Positions 7,675 to 15,973 of a stretch of 45,781 nt of DNA are shown here, piece by piece. Under the pieces are notes generated by a model. That model was not told the DNA's origin and ran no database searches. It saw only the letters and a list, made by a program, of their open reading frames with translations. Source of the stretch: an uncultured Candidatus Saccharibacteria bacterium. Its GTDB lineage: Bacteria; Patescibacteriota; UBA1384; JACPKC01. Within the stretch, counting starts at the first letter, position 1. Each line of letters begins with the position of its first letter. The stretch lies in assembly GCA_964480605.1 (NCBI GenBank), contig CAYZPG010000001.1, forward strand, positions 19,690 to 65,470, given 5' to 3'. A program made the translations under genes and the position numbers.

Positions 7675-8909
7675 GGAAGTAATTGTTTGAAGAAGTCCTT
7701 TGCTTTCCCGACAACGCCCTCCATGCTGTCGAGTGCAAATGCCTTCGCGGCCGGTTCACGTGTGGCTTGCCTGGACATTCCCCAGAGCACAAGCCCAACG
7801 CTGGTAGCATAGGTAGGGTCATCTAGCTTGTCAACATTCCCTGGAAATTCGGTAATCGGCGTGCCGAGGCGGGCTGGCAGGTGCAAGGTGTGCTTGGCAA
7901 AATCAACCAGGTGGTCGAGCTGCGCACCCCCGCCTGTGAAGACGACGCCCGCCGGCAGGGTGCCGTCACGGCCGATCCGGCGGAGCTCTTCCTTGAGCAT
8001 CAAGAAGAGTTCCGACAGGCGCGCCTCGATGATCTCGGCGACGTACCGTTGTTTCGGCCGCTCAAGCTCATTCGGGTCGATGACCGTCAGGTCGATGGTA
8101 TCGTCGCGAACCGTCTCTTTCATGGCGGTGCCATATTTGATTTTCACGGCCTCGGCCAAATCGATCGAGGTCTTGAGGCCAATCGCAATGTCGTGGGTGA
8201 TGTGCATCGAGCCCACCGGCAGAATCGTGGCATGGGCCAAATCGCCGTCTTCGTACACGGCGAGTCCGGTCGTGCCGGCGCCGATGTCGATGAGGGCAAC
8301 CCCGCTTTCCCGTTCTCGCTTGGTCAGCATGATCTCGGCTGTTGCCAGTGGCGTGAACACGAGTTCACTCGGGGTAAGGCCCGCCTGATTGACCGCTCGG
8401 ACAAGATTTTTGACCGCCGGCGAGGCGCAGCTCACGACGTGCGCGTCCACTTCCAGGCGGATGCCGGTCATGCCAACGGGATCGACGATGCCACCTTCGG
8501 CATCGACCGTGAAGGCTTTCGGGAGCACATGGATAATCTCGCGGTTGGCAGGCATGGCCACGGCGCGGGCAGCGTCGAGGACACGGTCAACGTCTTGCTG
8601 CGTGATCTCGCCGTCGGGCCGCGAGACAGCAATGACACCTTTGGAACTGGTGGTTTCCACGTGGGCGCCGCCTAAACCGACGACCGCTGTTTTGAGCGGC
8701 TGCTTGGTGATCCGTTCGCTGTCTTCCAAGACAGCAGAAATGGCCGAGACGGTCTCGCCAATGTCGACGACCTGGCCGCGGCGGATGCCGTTGTTTGAGA
8801 CACGGCTCATGGCCACAATCTCAAGTCCGGTATCGGTGACCTGTCCAACCGTTGCAGCGACCTTGGTGGTGCCAACGTCGAGACCAAGGATCAACTCGTT
8901 GTGGGCCAT
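7671..8909 (-). CDS. ftsA: Cell division protein FtsA
   Basis: 412 aa, actin-like ATPase ([26 protein letters not shown]), directly upstream of ftsZ. Confidence 0.95.
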   Translation of the reverse strand: MAHNELILGLDVGTTKVAATVGQVTDTGLEIVAMSRVSNNGIRRGQVVDIGETVSAISAVLEDSERITKQPLKTAVVGLGGAHVETTSSKGVIAVSRPDGEITQQDVDRVLDAARAVAMPANREIIHVLPKAFTVDAEGGIVDPVGMTGIRLEVDAHVVSCASPAVKNLVRAVNQAGLTPSELVFTPLATAEIMLTKRERESGVALIDIGAGTTGLAVYEDGDLAHATILPVGSMHITHDIAIGLKTSIDLAEAVKIKYGTAMKETVRDDTIDLTVIDPNELERPKQRYVAEIIEARLSELFLMLKEELRRIGRDGTLPAGVVFTGGGAQLDHLVDFAKHTLHLPARLGTPITEFPGNVDKLDDPTYATSVGLVLWGMSRQATREPAAKAFALDSMEGVVGKAKDFFKQLLP

Positions 8910-9020
8910 TCACTCCCCTCGCCTCATGAAAGCGTACCTCACGCCAGTATACTGGCAGCGGGATTCTGGTGGCAAGGATGGATGGGTTTGGTACGATAGC
9001 CGTGTATCAGGAGGGATGGT

Positions 9021-9647
9021 ATGGCTGGCAAAAAGCACGAGTCACCGTTATTGGAGCTCTGGGAGGCCTTAAACGGTACGCCGAGTCCTGACCGGGCGCA
9101 GCGGGCCAACGAGGTCCACGAGTTGTACCATAGCTTCCGGGCGAAGTCGCTGGCCCGTCGTCGTCCGATCGATGTCTTTGCCGACCGGGTGATCGGTGCC
9201 GCTGGTACGATTCCGATTGTCGAGCTGCACGCGGTGGTCTTTCTAGGCTGGATTCTTATCAATACCGGCATCGTGCCAGTCGTGCCGGTGTTCGATCCCT
9301 ACCCCTTCGGCTTCTTAACGATGATGATCTCGATCGAGGCGATTTTCCTCTCCCTGCTGATCCTCATCGGTCAGAACCGGCAGTCGGTGGTTGCGGATTT
9401 ACGTGAAGAGATGAACTTCCAGATCACCGTTCAGTCCGAGCAGGAAGTGACGAAGCTGCTCAAGTTGGTGAAGGAGATCCATGAGCACCAAGGCTTAGCC
9501 CGGAAGCGGGATAGCGAGCTTGAGCAGATGACCAAGAAGCTCGATACCACGAAGCTGGAAGCGGAAATCTCACACGAGTTCGAAGAGACAGAGCACGGCA
9601 GTGCCGATACGGCGGTAGGGCGGAAGAAAGCGAAGCCGCGCCGTTAG
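9021..9647 (+). CDS. DUF1003 family membrane protein
   Basis: Two TM helices with the typical PYPFGFLTMMISIEAIFLSLLILIGQNR core and a charged C-terminal coiled region. AGGAGGG RBS. Confidence 0.8.
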   Translation: MAGKKHESPLLELWEALNGTPSPDRAQRANEVHELYHSFRAKSLARRRPIDVFADRVIGAAGTIPIVELHAVVFLGWILINTGIVPVVPVFDPYPFGFLTMMISIEAIFLSLLILIGQNRQSVVADLREEMNFQITVQSEQEVTKLLKLVKEIHEHQGLARKRDSELEQMTKKLDTTKLEAEISHEFEETEHGSADTAVGRKKAKPRR

Positions 9648-10078
9648 TGCCAGACGCCCTGGTCGTCGTGGTCGTGGCCAAGGAGGTGGCGCAGGCCATG
9701 TTCGGCCAAGCCAAGGAGCTCGTCGTCGAGCGTGTCGCCGAAACGGCCGACTTGGCGTGTCGCCTGTGGCAATGAGATGGCAATCAGGCCCAAGTGAAGC
9801 GTGCCCTCGGCGCTTGGTACTACCTGGCCATGCGTGTCATCGATGGCAGTTGGGAATGAGAGCACGTCCGTTGTTGCATTGACTCCCCGGTGGGTGTGAT
9901 TGAGTTCCTGCATGCGTGCGTCGTCGGTCACCAGGATCTCAACGAGGGCGTTTGAGAGCTGTGTTGGGCGGTGCCGTGCAAACACGGATTGGAGATGCGC
10001 CGTCACGCGAACAGCCGCTAGAGACAGCGGCTGTTCTTCGACAATCGATACCGTCAGTCGCGGTGACGATTTAGGCAC
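9644..10078 (-). CDS. ybeY: rRNA maturation RNase YbeY
   Basis: 144 aa with the HGLRHLLGHDHD zinc-binding motif. GTG start overlaps the yqeY stop. 4-nt tail-to-tail overlap with the DUF1003 gene. Confidence 0.9.
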   Translation of the reverse strand: MPKSSPRLTVSIVEEQPLSLAAVRVTAHLQSVFARHRPTQLSNALVEILVTDDARMQELNHTHRGVNATTDVLSFPTAIDDTHGQVVPSAEGTLHLGLIAISLPQATRQVGRFGDTLDDELLGLAEHGLRHLLGHDHDDQGVWH

Positions 10079-10517
10079 CGAGCCGTTCCTTGACGAGTTT
10101 GGATACCAGAGCTCCGTCGGCTTTGCCGCGGGTTTGCGGCATCAGGGCGCCCATTACCTTGCCCATGTCGCTCGCCTGGCTTGCGCCAGTGCTGGCAATG
10201 GCGGCCTCGATGAGCGGTACCAGCTCGGCTTCGCTCAACTGGGCGGGCAGGTATTCAGTGAGCATGGCAGCCTCGGCAGCTTCCTTGTCGGCCAGCTCGG
10301 GCCGGTTGCCGGCACGGAACTCGGTTTCGGCGTCGCGGCGTTGCTTCACTTCTTTGCTGATCACGGCCAGCGCCTCGTCGTCCGAGAGTTCGTGGCCGAG
10401 TTCGATCGACTTGTTCTTGAGAGCGGCCTTCGTCATGCGAAGCACCGAGAGCTTCTCGCTCTCCCCTGCTTTCAGTGCCGCCGTGAGAGCGGCCTCAATG
10501 GTAGTCACCAGTGACAT
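10071..10517 (-). CDS. GatB/YqeY domain-containing protein
   Basis: 148 aa, YqeY-like throughout (ALKAGE...LSVLRM...EVKQRRDA...EYLP). Part of the conserved rpsU-yqeY-ybeY order. Confidence 0.85.
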   Translation of the reverse strand: MSLVTTIEAALTAALKAGESEKLSVLRMTKAALKNKSIELGHELSDDEALAVISKEVKQRRDAETEFRAGNRPELADKEAAEAAMLTEYLPAQLSEAELVPLIEAAIASTGASQASDMGKVMGALMPQTRGKADGALVSKLVKERLGA

Positions 10518-10525
10518 GGGTTCCT

Positions 10526-10753
10526 TTAGTAGCCGCGCTTTGCGCGTTTTTGAATAGCTTTGCGGCGGGCAGATTGGCGGATGATCGTGCGCGAGGCCCG
10601 CTTGGTGCGGTATCGGCGCTTCTTCACTTCCGACAGGATGCGGCTTTGCTGGACTTCGCGGAAGAAACGACGTAGCACCACATCGAATGATGCGGATCGT
10701 GGCTTGCCGTCTCGGTCCCGGTTGTCGCGACTATCGTGGAATTCTGGATTCAA
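10526..10753 (-). CDS. rpsU: 30S ribosomal protein bS21
   Basis: The basic C-terminal two-thirds match bS21 (SFDVVLRRFFREV...KKRRYRTKRASR...RRKAIQKRAKR). TTG start follows AGGTGAG. Confidence 0.85.
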   Translation of the reverse strand: MNPEFHDSRDNRDRDGKPRSASFDVVLRRFFREVQQSRILSEVKKRRYRTKRASRTIIRQSARRKAIQKRAKRGY

Positions 10754-10803
10754 GGTAACTCACCTGCCCTTCGGGGCAGCAACATGGCTGCCAAGTGGCG
10801 GGA

Positions 10804-11145
10804 TCATACCATGGAGCCAAGGCGCTGTCCACCAAGGAGGTGGAGGTGGATGTGGTCGATCACCTGGCCGCCGTGGCTCCGGGTATTGAAGACGAGCCGG
10901 TAGCCGTCGTGCGCAATGCCGAGCTTCTCCGCGAGTGATTGGGCGGTTTTGACCATATGGCCAACGATCACCTCGTCGCCACCAGCCAGCGTGGCCACGC
11001 TGTCGATGTGTTTTTTGGGCACAATGAGGACGTGGACCCGTGCTTTGGGCGAGATGTCGTCGAAGGCAGCAACGACATCATCCTGATACCGAAGCTCGGT
11101 CTTGCGGTTTCCGTTCGCAATGCTGCAAAAGAGGCATTTCTCCAT
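10804..11145 (-). CDS. HIT family (histidine triad) protein
   Basis: 113 aa ending with the HIHLHLLGG histidine triad. N-terminal CLFCSI motif. Confidence 0.9.
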   Translation of the reverse strand: MEKCLFCSIANGNRKTELRYQDDVVAAFDDISPKARVHVLIVPKKHIDSVATLAGGDEVIVGHMVKTAQSLAEKLGIAHDGYRLVFNTRSHGGQVIDHIHLHLLGGQRLGSMV

Positions 11146-11180
11146 ACTTCAATCCTACGCCCAGGAAGACATTTGAGCAA

Positions 11181-11209
11181 GAAAAAGAGGCAACTTTGGT
11201 AGTTGCCTC
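11181..11209 (-). terminator. Rho-independent terminator after ORF 11234-11971
   Basis: On the minus strand, GAGGCAACT-ACCAA-AGTTGCCTC is followed by TTTTTC. Confidence 0.65.
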
Positions 11210-11233
11210 ACTGATCGATGAACCACTACGACC

Positions 11234-11971
11234 TTAGTCGTAATCGTAGTGGTGGAAGGTGCGCGTAGGGATGCACATACCTAAGAAGTCTTCACACCAG
11301 CACCGTAAAATTTGGTGGCGGAGGAAGGGGTCATCGGGGAGCGGCTCCTTGGGACCGTTATATGCCACTTGTGTGACATATACGGCCAGCACCTCGGATG
11401 CCTCTTTGATCACGGCTTCGAGATTCTCGGTGCCGTAGGTTTTCCGAAAGTGCCGGGCGCGGAAAGAAATCGGCGAACTCGTGTCGGCGATATCCATAAA
11501 CCGCTCCAACAAGCTAATGCAGGTTGTCGGTTCATCTGAGTAGAATCCGACACCCATGTGCGGCGCAGCGGTCTGATTGCGGACGGCAAATAGAACCGTT
11601 GCTTCTGTGAGGGCACGGATGAGCATCGACACTACATGAAGGTGTTGGACGCTTTGGCTAACCCCTCCTGATTCACGCCGTTCGGCGAGCGCTATTAGAA
11701 ACGGGTCAGTGCTTACGAGCTGCGCCAGCTGTTCGGCCTCAGGTACAACGCGTACAGTCAGCGGTGGCAGTAGATGTGGCGGAATGAGCGTGCAAAGCGC
11801 TGCTAAGTGGTCTTCGCCAAGCAGGAAGTGGTGGGGCCGGTCATAGCGTACCTGTGGCGGTAGCGTCACCTTTGCTCCATATGGTAGACGTCGAACAATT
11901 TTCTGTTCGTTCTCCTCGAGCCAACTTTCAAACGACGGCTTCTGCCGTCGAATATCAATCACATTGGTCAC
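11234..11971 (-). CDS. Hypothetical protein (245 aa)
   Basis: Long ORF with a GTG start and its own terminator. No family recognised. Confidence 0.55.
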   Translation of the reverse strand: MTNVIDIRRQKPSFESWLEENEQKIVRRLPYGAKVTLPPQVRYDRPHHFLLGEDHLAALCTLIPPHLLPPLTVRVVPEAEQLAQLVSTDPFLIALAERRESGGVSQSVQHLHVVSMLIRALTEATVLFAVRNQTAAPHMGVGFYSDEPTTCISLLERFMDIADTSSPISFRARHFRKTYGTENLEAVIKEASEVLAVYVTQVAYNGPKEPLPDDPFLRHQILRCWCEDFLGMCIPTRTFHHYDYD

Positions 11972-12062
11972 GTTTCTTTTGGTCCCTTCAAGTTAAATAT
12001 CGCTTCGCGGGTGTGCAAAGCGACGTGGGAAGTCTACGTTACCACGTGCCTCTCGTCAAGAA

Positions 12063-12506
12063 TCACCGTCTTGCGCGGATGTAGTTGATCCAGTGTTCTT
12101 TCATCCACTGTTTTTGGAATTTGAGAATGTCACCCAGGCCGCGGGCCTTGATTTCCTTATCGACCACGCCGCCTTTGTGCGGATGGTCGTAGCGCTGGTA
12201 GAGCGGGCTCGAGAACCCGTGGGCGTAGTGCGATAGCTCGTGAGCGATCACCGCCTGGATCACTTCCTCGGGAATCGCCGGATCCTTAAAGTAGCCGGTA
12301 ATCGTGATGATACTGCGCCGTTGCGTCGTGCCGTCGGGGTGCTTGACGGGCTTCCTCCCCCACTTGATCGAGCCCAAGCGGGCGGCCGCTGGCCGGCCAA
12401 ACTTAATCACCACATCGTTCGGCTGGTCGATGTCGGAAAAGTGCCGGTACCAAATGTTGGCCAGCTGGTCCTGCAGCCACTCGTTATCGCGCGGGGTTAC
12501 TTGCAT
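12063..12506 (-). CDS. Putative zinc metallopeptidase-fold protein (HExxH; SprT/DUF45-like)
   Basis: 147 aa with RLGSIKWG...IITITGYF...VIAHELSHYAHG. This arrangement resembles the DUF45/SprT-type HExxH core. Assignment is by motif only. Confidence 0.55.
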   Translation of the reverse strand: MQVTPRDNEWLQDQLANIWYRHFSDIDQPNDVVIKFGRPAAARLGSIKWGRKPVKHPDGTTQRRSIITITGYFKDPAIPEEVIQAVIAHELSHYAHGFSSPLYQRYDHPHKGGVVDKEIKARGLGDILKFQKQWMKEHWINYIRARR

Positions 12507-12575
12507 ACTTCCAATCTACAGCATGGTGCAAGGGTCCACTTGGTATGCTATGTGTGGTTCTATTGAAGGAGGATC

Positions 12576-13292
12576 ATGCCCGAACTACTGTCGGCTGTGC
12601 CTGATGGCGAGCTGGAAGCAGAAACTAACCCCCGAGAGGTATCTGAGGCAGTTGTTGCACCAACGAGCGACTTCGAGGTGCTGATTGAGCGGGAGCGCGC
12701 CCGACTCGCAGAGTTGACTGATGAGCAAGCTGACCAGCTCCTCATGCAGAAGATAGAGGCTCATCAGCGGGTGCGAAGTGACATTGATACTGCAATTGAC
12801 GAAATTGCTCAGGCATCTGAAAAGGCGTTTCAATTCGTACAGAGCAGCAAAGGAGATGCGACGATTACGCCCCGAAAGCGGGAGTATGGAGCAGGGCTCC
12901 TTGCGAAACTTGATGCACTGGGCGCTAAGATGAGTACACTCAACGTTGATAGCGAGCGGCTGCACATCGAGCTAGGAGCTGATTTTGTTGCTACCGGTCG
13001 GGCAAAAGCCAGTGATGAGATTACCTTGCAAGATATCCGCGACAATTTCTATGAGGAACATGAGACCGGTAAGCGAAGTGCCTTGGATGCAGTCTTAATT
13101 GAGAAACAGCTGGATGAGACTGAACGTGCGGCCCAACATCAGGACGTATTAGCATCACTCAATCTCGACCTTTCATACGTTGCGAAGATATTAGCGAAAA
13201 AGGCAGTTGCGCCCTCGTCTCACCTGAGAAAGGGCATGCTGTCAAACGTGAACGCATACAAAGTAATGCTTCGGAAGACGTTGGACAAATAA
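12576..13292 (+). CDS. Hypothetical charged, probably alpha-helical protein (238 aa)
   Basis: AAGGAGGA RBS. One of the few plus-strand genes. Visibly more AT-rich than its neighbours. No family recognised. Confidence 0.6.
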   Translation: MPELLSAVPDGELEAETNPREVSEAVVAPTSDFEVLIERERARLAELTDEQADQLLMQKIEAHQRVRSDIDTAIDEIAQASEKAFQFVQSSKGDATITPRKREYGAGLLAKLDALGAKMSTLNVDSERLHIELGADFVATGRAKASDEITLQDIRDNFYEEHETGKRSALDAVLIEKQLDETERAAQHQDVLASLNLDLSYVAKILAKKAVAPSSHLRKGMLSNVNAYKVMLRKTLDK

Positions 13293-13315
13293 AAAACCTC
13301 GTTGTTAGACGAGGT
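13291..13315 (-). terminator. Hairpin terminator shared by convergent ORFs
   Basis: ACCTCGT-TGTTAG-ACGAGGT, a 7-bp stem. A T-run follows on the minus strand only. The stop codons of both convergent genes lie in or next to the hairpin. Confidence 0.5.
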
Positions 13316-13715
13316 CCAGTAAGCCGCTTTGAAGGAAGATGCCGATGATCTCGTGCACCTTCTGCTTGGGGTGGTCGGTGAAGAAGTGGTTGAGGAGCTG
13401 GTTTTCTAGTGAGCGGACGACGGGCAGAACCAGTTCGGTGCCGCTTCGGTCGGATACGAGAAGTAGCGGCTGTTGTTTGCGTTTGAAGAGTGCAAGTAAG
13501 GTGATCGATTGCTCGATCGCCCGGGGCTCCGCTCGAAGATACAAGAGAACCGCATCGGTTGGTTCGATCGAACTGACCTCGCTTCCGATCACAACGTTGT
13601 TGTTGTGGCGCATCTCGCTGATGTGCCACGGACAAATCACGATCAGTCGTGGCAATATCTCACGTTCCTTTCTGTAAATCGGATTGTTCCTATCAGATAC
13701 AACGTACCGTTTCAA
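13305..13715 (-). CDS. Hypothetical protein (136 aa) translationally coupled to rarA
   Basis: TTG start overlaps the rarA TGA (TTGA). No family recognised. An alternative internal ATG at 13613 has no RBS. Confidence 0.5.
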   Translation of the reverse strand: MKRYVVSDRNNPIYRKEREILPRLIVICPWHISEMRHNNNVVIGSEVSSIEPTDAVLLYLRAEPRAIEQSITLLALFKRKQQPLLLVSDRSGTELVLPVVRSLENQLLNHFFTDHPKQKVHEIIGIFLQSGLLDLV

Positions 13716-14929
13716 GTCCTTGGAGGCGGGTCGTAGTAGCTGGCGTCTTTGAGGTTGTCTGGCAGGAAGCCAAGGTTTGTCGTTGAATCGCCGTCTTGCT
13801 CTGGCCAGCGGTATCCCTTCCCATAGCCCTGCTCTTTCATGAACTTGGTCGGCGCGTTACGTAGGTGCATGGGAATTGGATCGAGACTTTTGCTGCGCAC
13901 ATCGTGTAAGGCATCATCGATCGCGCGGATGACCGACCGGCTTTTTGGCGCCGTGGCCAAATAGGTGGCGCACTGGCTGAGCATGATCCGTGCCTCGGGC
14001 ATACCAATCATGTGTACGGCCTGCATGGTCGAGGTGGCGACCACAAGTGCCGTGGGTAGTGCATTGCCAATGTCTTCGGAGGCGAAAATCACCATCCGCC
14101 GTGCAATGAACAGTGGATCCTCGCCGGCATCGATCATCCGGGCCAGGTAATGCAAGGTGGCGTTTGGGTCGGAACCGCGCATCGATTTGATGAATGCTGA
14201 GATCGTGTCGTAGTGGTTCTCACCTGATTGGTCGTACTTCGCGACCTTACGCTGGACTGCCTGTTCGGCGACAGCAACGGTAATATGCTGCGAGAGGCTG
14301 GCAGCCACCTCAAAGCTTCCAAGGAGTGTCCGGGCGTCACCGTCGGCGGCAGCGATCAGGTAATCAGTTGCCTGCTGGTCAATCTTGTACGTCGGATAGA
14401 GCTTTAGCGCCCGCTCTACGAGCGCGTGCATGTTTTTATGGTCGATCGGCTCGAGCTTGAGGACGCGCATCCGCGACAGCAAGGCTGAGTTGACCTTGAA
14501 GGAAGGGTTTTCGGTGGTGGCACCGATCAGGGTGATCACGCCGGTTTCCACTGCGTGCAGTAACGCATCTTGCTGAGCGCTGTTGAACCGGTGGATCTCA
14601 TCGATGAAAAGCACGGGCAATGGTTCTGCAAGGCGCTGGTGCGTTTCGGCAGCTGCAATGACCTGGCGGACATCCTTGACCGTGGCATCCACGGCCGAGA
14701 GCTGCTCGAACGGTCGCTTCAACTCCTTGGCAAGAATCCGCGCGAGCGTGGTTTTCCCCGTCCCCGGTGGTCCCCAGAACAAGATGCTGGGCAGCTTGCC
14801 GCTCGTAAGAAGCTTGGTAAGCGGCTTGTCGGCACCAATCAGGTGGAGCTGACCGACGACTTCTTGAAGCGTCTGCGGCCGGAGTCGTTCGGCAAGAGGT
14901 GGCTGAGCTGGCAGGTTTGACATACGCAT
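13712..14929 (-). CDS. rarA: Replication-associated recombination protein A (AAA+ ATPase RarA/MgsA)
   Basis: 405 aa with Walker A GPPGTGKTT, Walker B FIDEIHRF, and the MgsA C-terminal domain (YDxxSAFxKSxRGSDP). A second in-frame ATG is at 14923. Confidence 0.95.
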   Translation of the reverse strand: MRMSNLPAQPPLAERLRPQTLQEVVGQLHLIGADKPLTKLLTSGKLPSILFWGPPGTGKTTLARILAKELKRPFEQLSAVDATVKDVRQVIAAAETHQRLAEPLPVLFIDEIHRFNSAQQDALLHAVETGVITLIGATTENPSFKVNSALLSRMRVLKLEPIDHKNMHALVERALKLYPTYKIDQQATDYLIAAADGDARTLLGSFEVAASLSQHITVAVAEQAVQRKVAKYDQSGENHYDTISAFIKSMRGSDPNATLHYLARMIDAGEDPLFIARRMVIFASEDIGNALPTALVVATSTMQAVHMIGMPEARIMLSQCATYLATAPKSRSVIRAIDDALHDVRSKSLDPIPMHLRNAPTKFMKEQGYGKGYRWPEQDGDSTTNLGFLPDNLKDASYYDPPPRT

Positions 14930-14941
14930 ATCTTACCATAC

Positions 14942-14956
14942 CGAACAAAGACCGAA
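14942..14956 (-). promoter_or_regulatory. SOS-box-like operator copy upstream of rarA
   Basis: Plus strand reads CGAACAAAGACCGAA. The 13-mer core is identical to the lexA and dinB copies. It lies 12 nt from ATG 14929, immediately upstream of the -10-like TATGGT. Confidence 0.6.
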
Positions 14957-15019
14957 ATTAGCTGGCAATCGTAGAAACGCCTCTAAATCAGTTACAAGAC
15001 TCATTTTCGCATTTAATAC

Positions 15020-15047
15020 TTGACAAAATCGATATTTCAGGTATACT
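15020..15047 (+). promoter_or_regulatory. Sigma-70-type promoter
   Basis: TTGACA (15020-15025), 16 nt spacer, TATACT (15042-15047). Confidence 0.65.
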
Positions 15048-15053
15048 ACCCCC

Positions 15054-15203
15054 GTTCTCCAAGAAACCATTGAACCTGTACAACGGGTTCTTTTGTTTTC
15101 AGGGAGGGTGCGGTGAACCCGTTATGGGCTCCCTACCCTACTCGGCGAAACCCGGTTAATACCCGGCGCAGTAGCCACGGCGAACAGAGGTGTTACCAAT
15201 CAT
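15054..15203 (+). promoter_or_regulatory. About 150-nt structured 5' leader of the transglycosylase gene (candidate cis-regulatory RNA)
   Basis: Small hairpin GAACC...GGTTC plus TTTTGTTTT (15072-15099). AGGGAGGG pairs with CCCTACCCT around an inner CCC-GTTAT-GGG hairpin. GCG-CCGG-TTAATAC-CCGG-CGC stem. No class is confirmed. Confidence 0.4.
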
Positions 15204-15881
15204 ATGAACCGAATCCTTAGGAGGATTCACGCGCTTGGCCAGCTGGCCAAAACGCAGGTTTACAACCTAGCAAGCTACCTGGAACCCCGTAGGATCGTTG
15301 CCCTGCCCATGTTCAGTCAGATGACTGGTTTGGTGCTGGTAAACGCCATGGTGCCCTTCCAGGCTCCTGTACTGGCTGCGGACACCCCTGTCGCTGCAAT
15401 CTCCCTGGTTCTGACCACCGATTCCCTGCATGAGATGGTGTCGCTCTCTGAGCGGAGTGCCCTTAAGGTGACGGTTGTTGAGTCAAAGGCTCAGGAGAAG
15501 GAACGGATTGAGCGTGAGGAGCAGGCTAAGAAGCGCACGGCGGCAACGAAGAAAGTTGCCAAGCCGATCGTCCTCGACGGCCAGCGTGAAAGTAACCGCC
15601 AGATCGTCACGCAACTGTGTGCGGAAACGTTCGGTGCCGACCAGGTGTCCTACTGTTTGCAAATCGTGCAACGTGAATCTGGGTTTAACCACTTGGCTCA
15701 GAACCCCCGGTCAACCGCGTTCGGTCTGTTCCAATTCTTGGATAAGACGTGGAAGGGGTATGGGTATGCGAAAACCGATGACCCGACCACACAGACTCGG
15801 GCTGGTATCGCCTACCTGCAGAAACGGTACGGTACGCCGCAGCGTGCGATGGACCACCATTACGCGTACGGCTGGTACTAA
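15204..15881 (+). CDS. Secreted lytic-transglycosylase-like (SLT / IsaA-SceD-type) cell-wall hydrolase
   Basis: The C-terminal domain QIVQRESGFNHLAQNPRSTAFGLFQFLDKTW matches the catalytic Glu-Ser motif region of the SLT family. The N-terminus is hydrophobic, then Lys/Glu-rich. The start could be 15309. Confidence 0.8.
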   Translation: MNRILRRIHALGQLAKTQVYNLASYLEPRRIVALPMFSQMTGLVLVNAMVPFQAPVLAADTPVAAISLVLTTDSLHEMVSLSERSALKVTVVESKAQEKERIEREEQAKKRTAATKKVAKPIVLDGQRESNRQIVTQLCAETFGADQVSYCLQIVQRESGFNHLAQNPRSTAFGLFQFLDKTWKGYGYAKTDDPTTQTRAGIAYLQKRYGTPQRAMDHHYAYGWY

Positions 15882-15900
15882 GCTAGGAATGTTCTAAGAG

Positions 15901-15930
15901 ACAAACACCCTCGAATTCGGGGGTGTTTGT
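15901..15930 (+). terminator. Rho-independent terminator
   Basis: ACAAACACCC-TCGAATTCGG-GGGTGTTTGT followed by CGTT. About a 10-bp stem. Confidence 0.7.
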
Positions 15931-15973
15931 CGTTGACGGCACTCCCCGCTTCCCGTACCCTTCGCTCGATCAA

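Noticed and set aside
11892-11909. Inverted repeat CGAACA-N6-TGTTCG, resembling a Cheo-type LexA box.
   Set aside because: The GAAC/GTTC spacing is 8 instead of 4. It is inside the 5' coding region of ORF245, and it does not resemble the 13-mer shared by lexA, dinB and rarA.
15124-15159. 11-codon uORF (MGSLPYSAKPG) inside the transglycosylase leader, considered as a leader peptide.
   Set aside because: It has only a weak SD-like GGTGAA, no run of a regulatory amino acid, and it overlaps the predicted stems. It is mentioned in the finding but not called as a gene.
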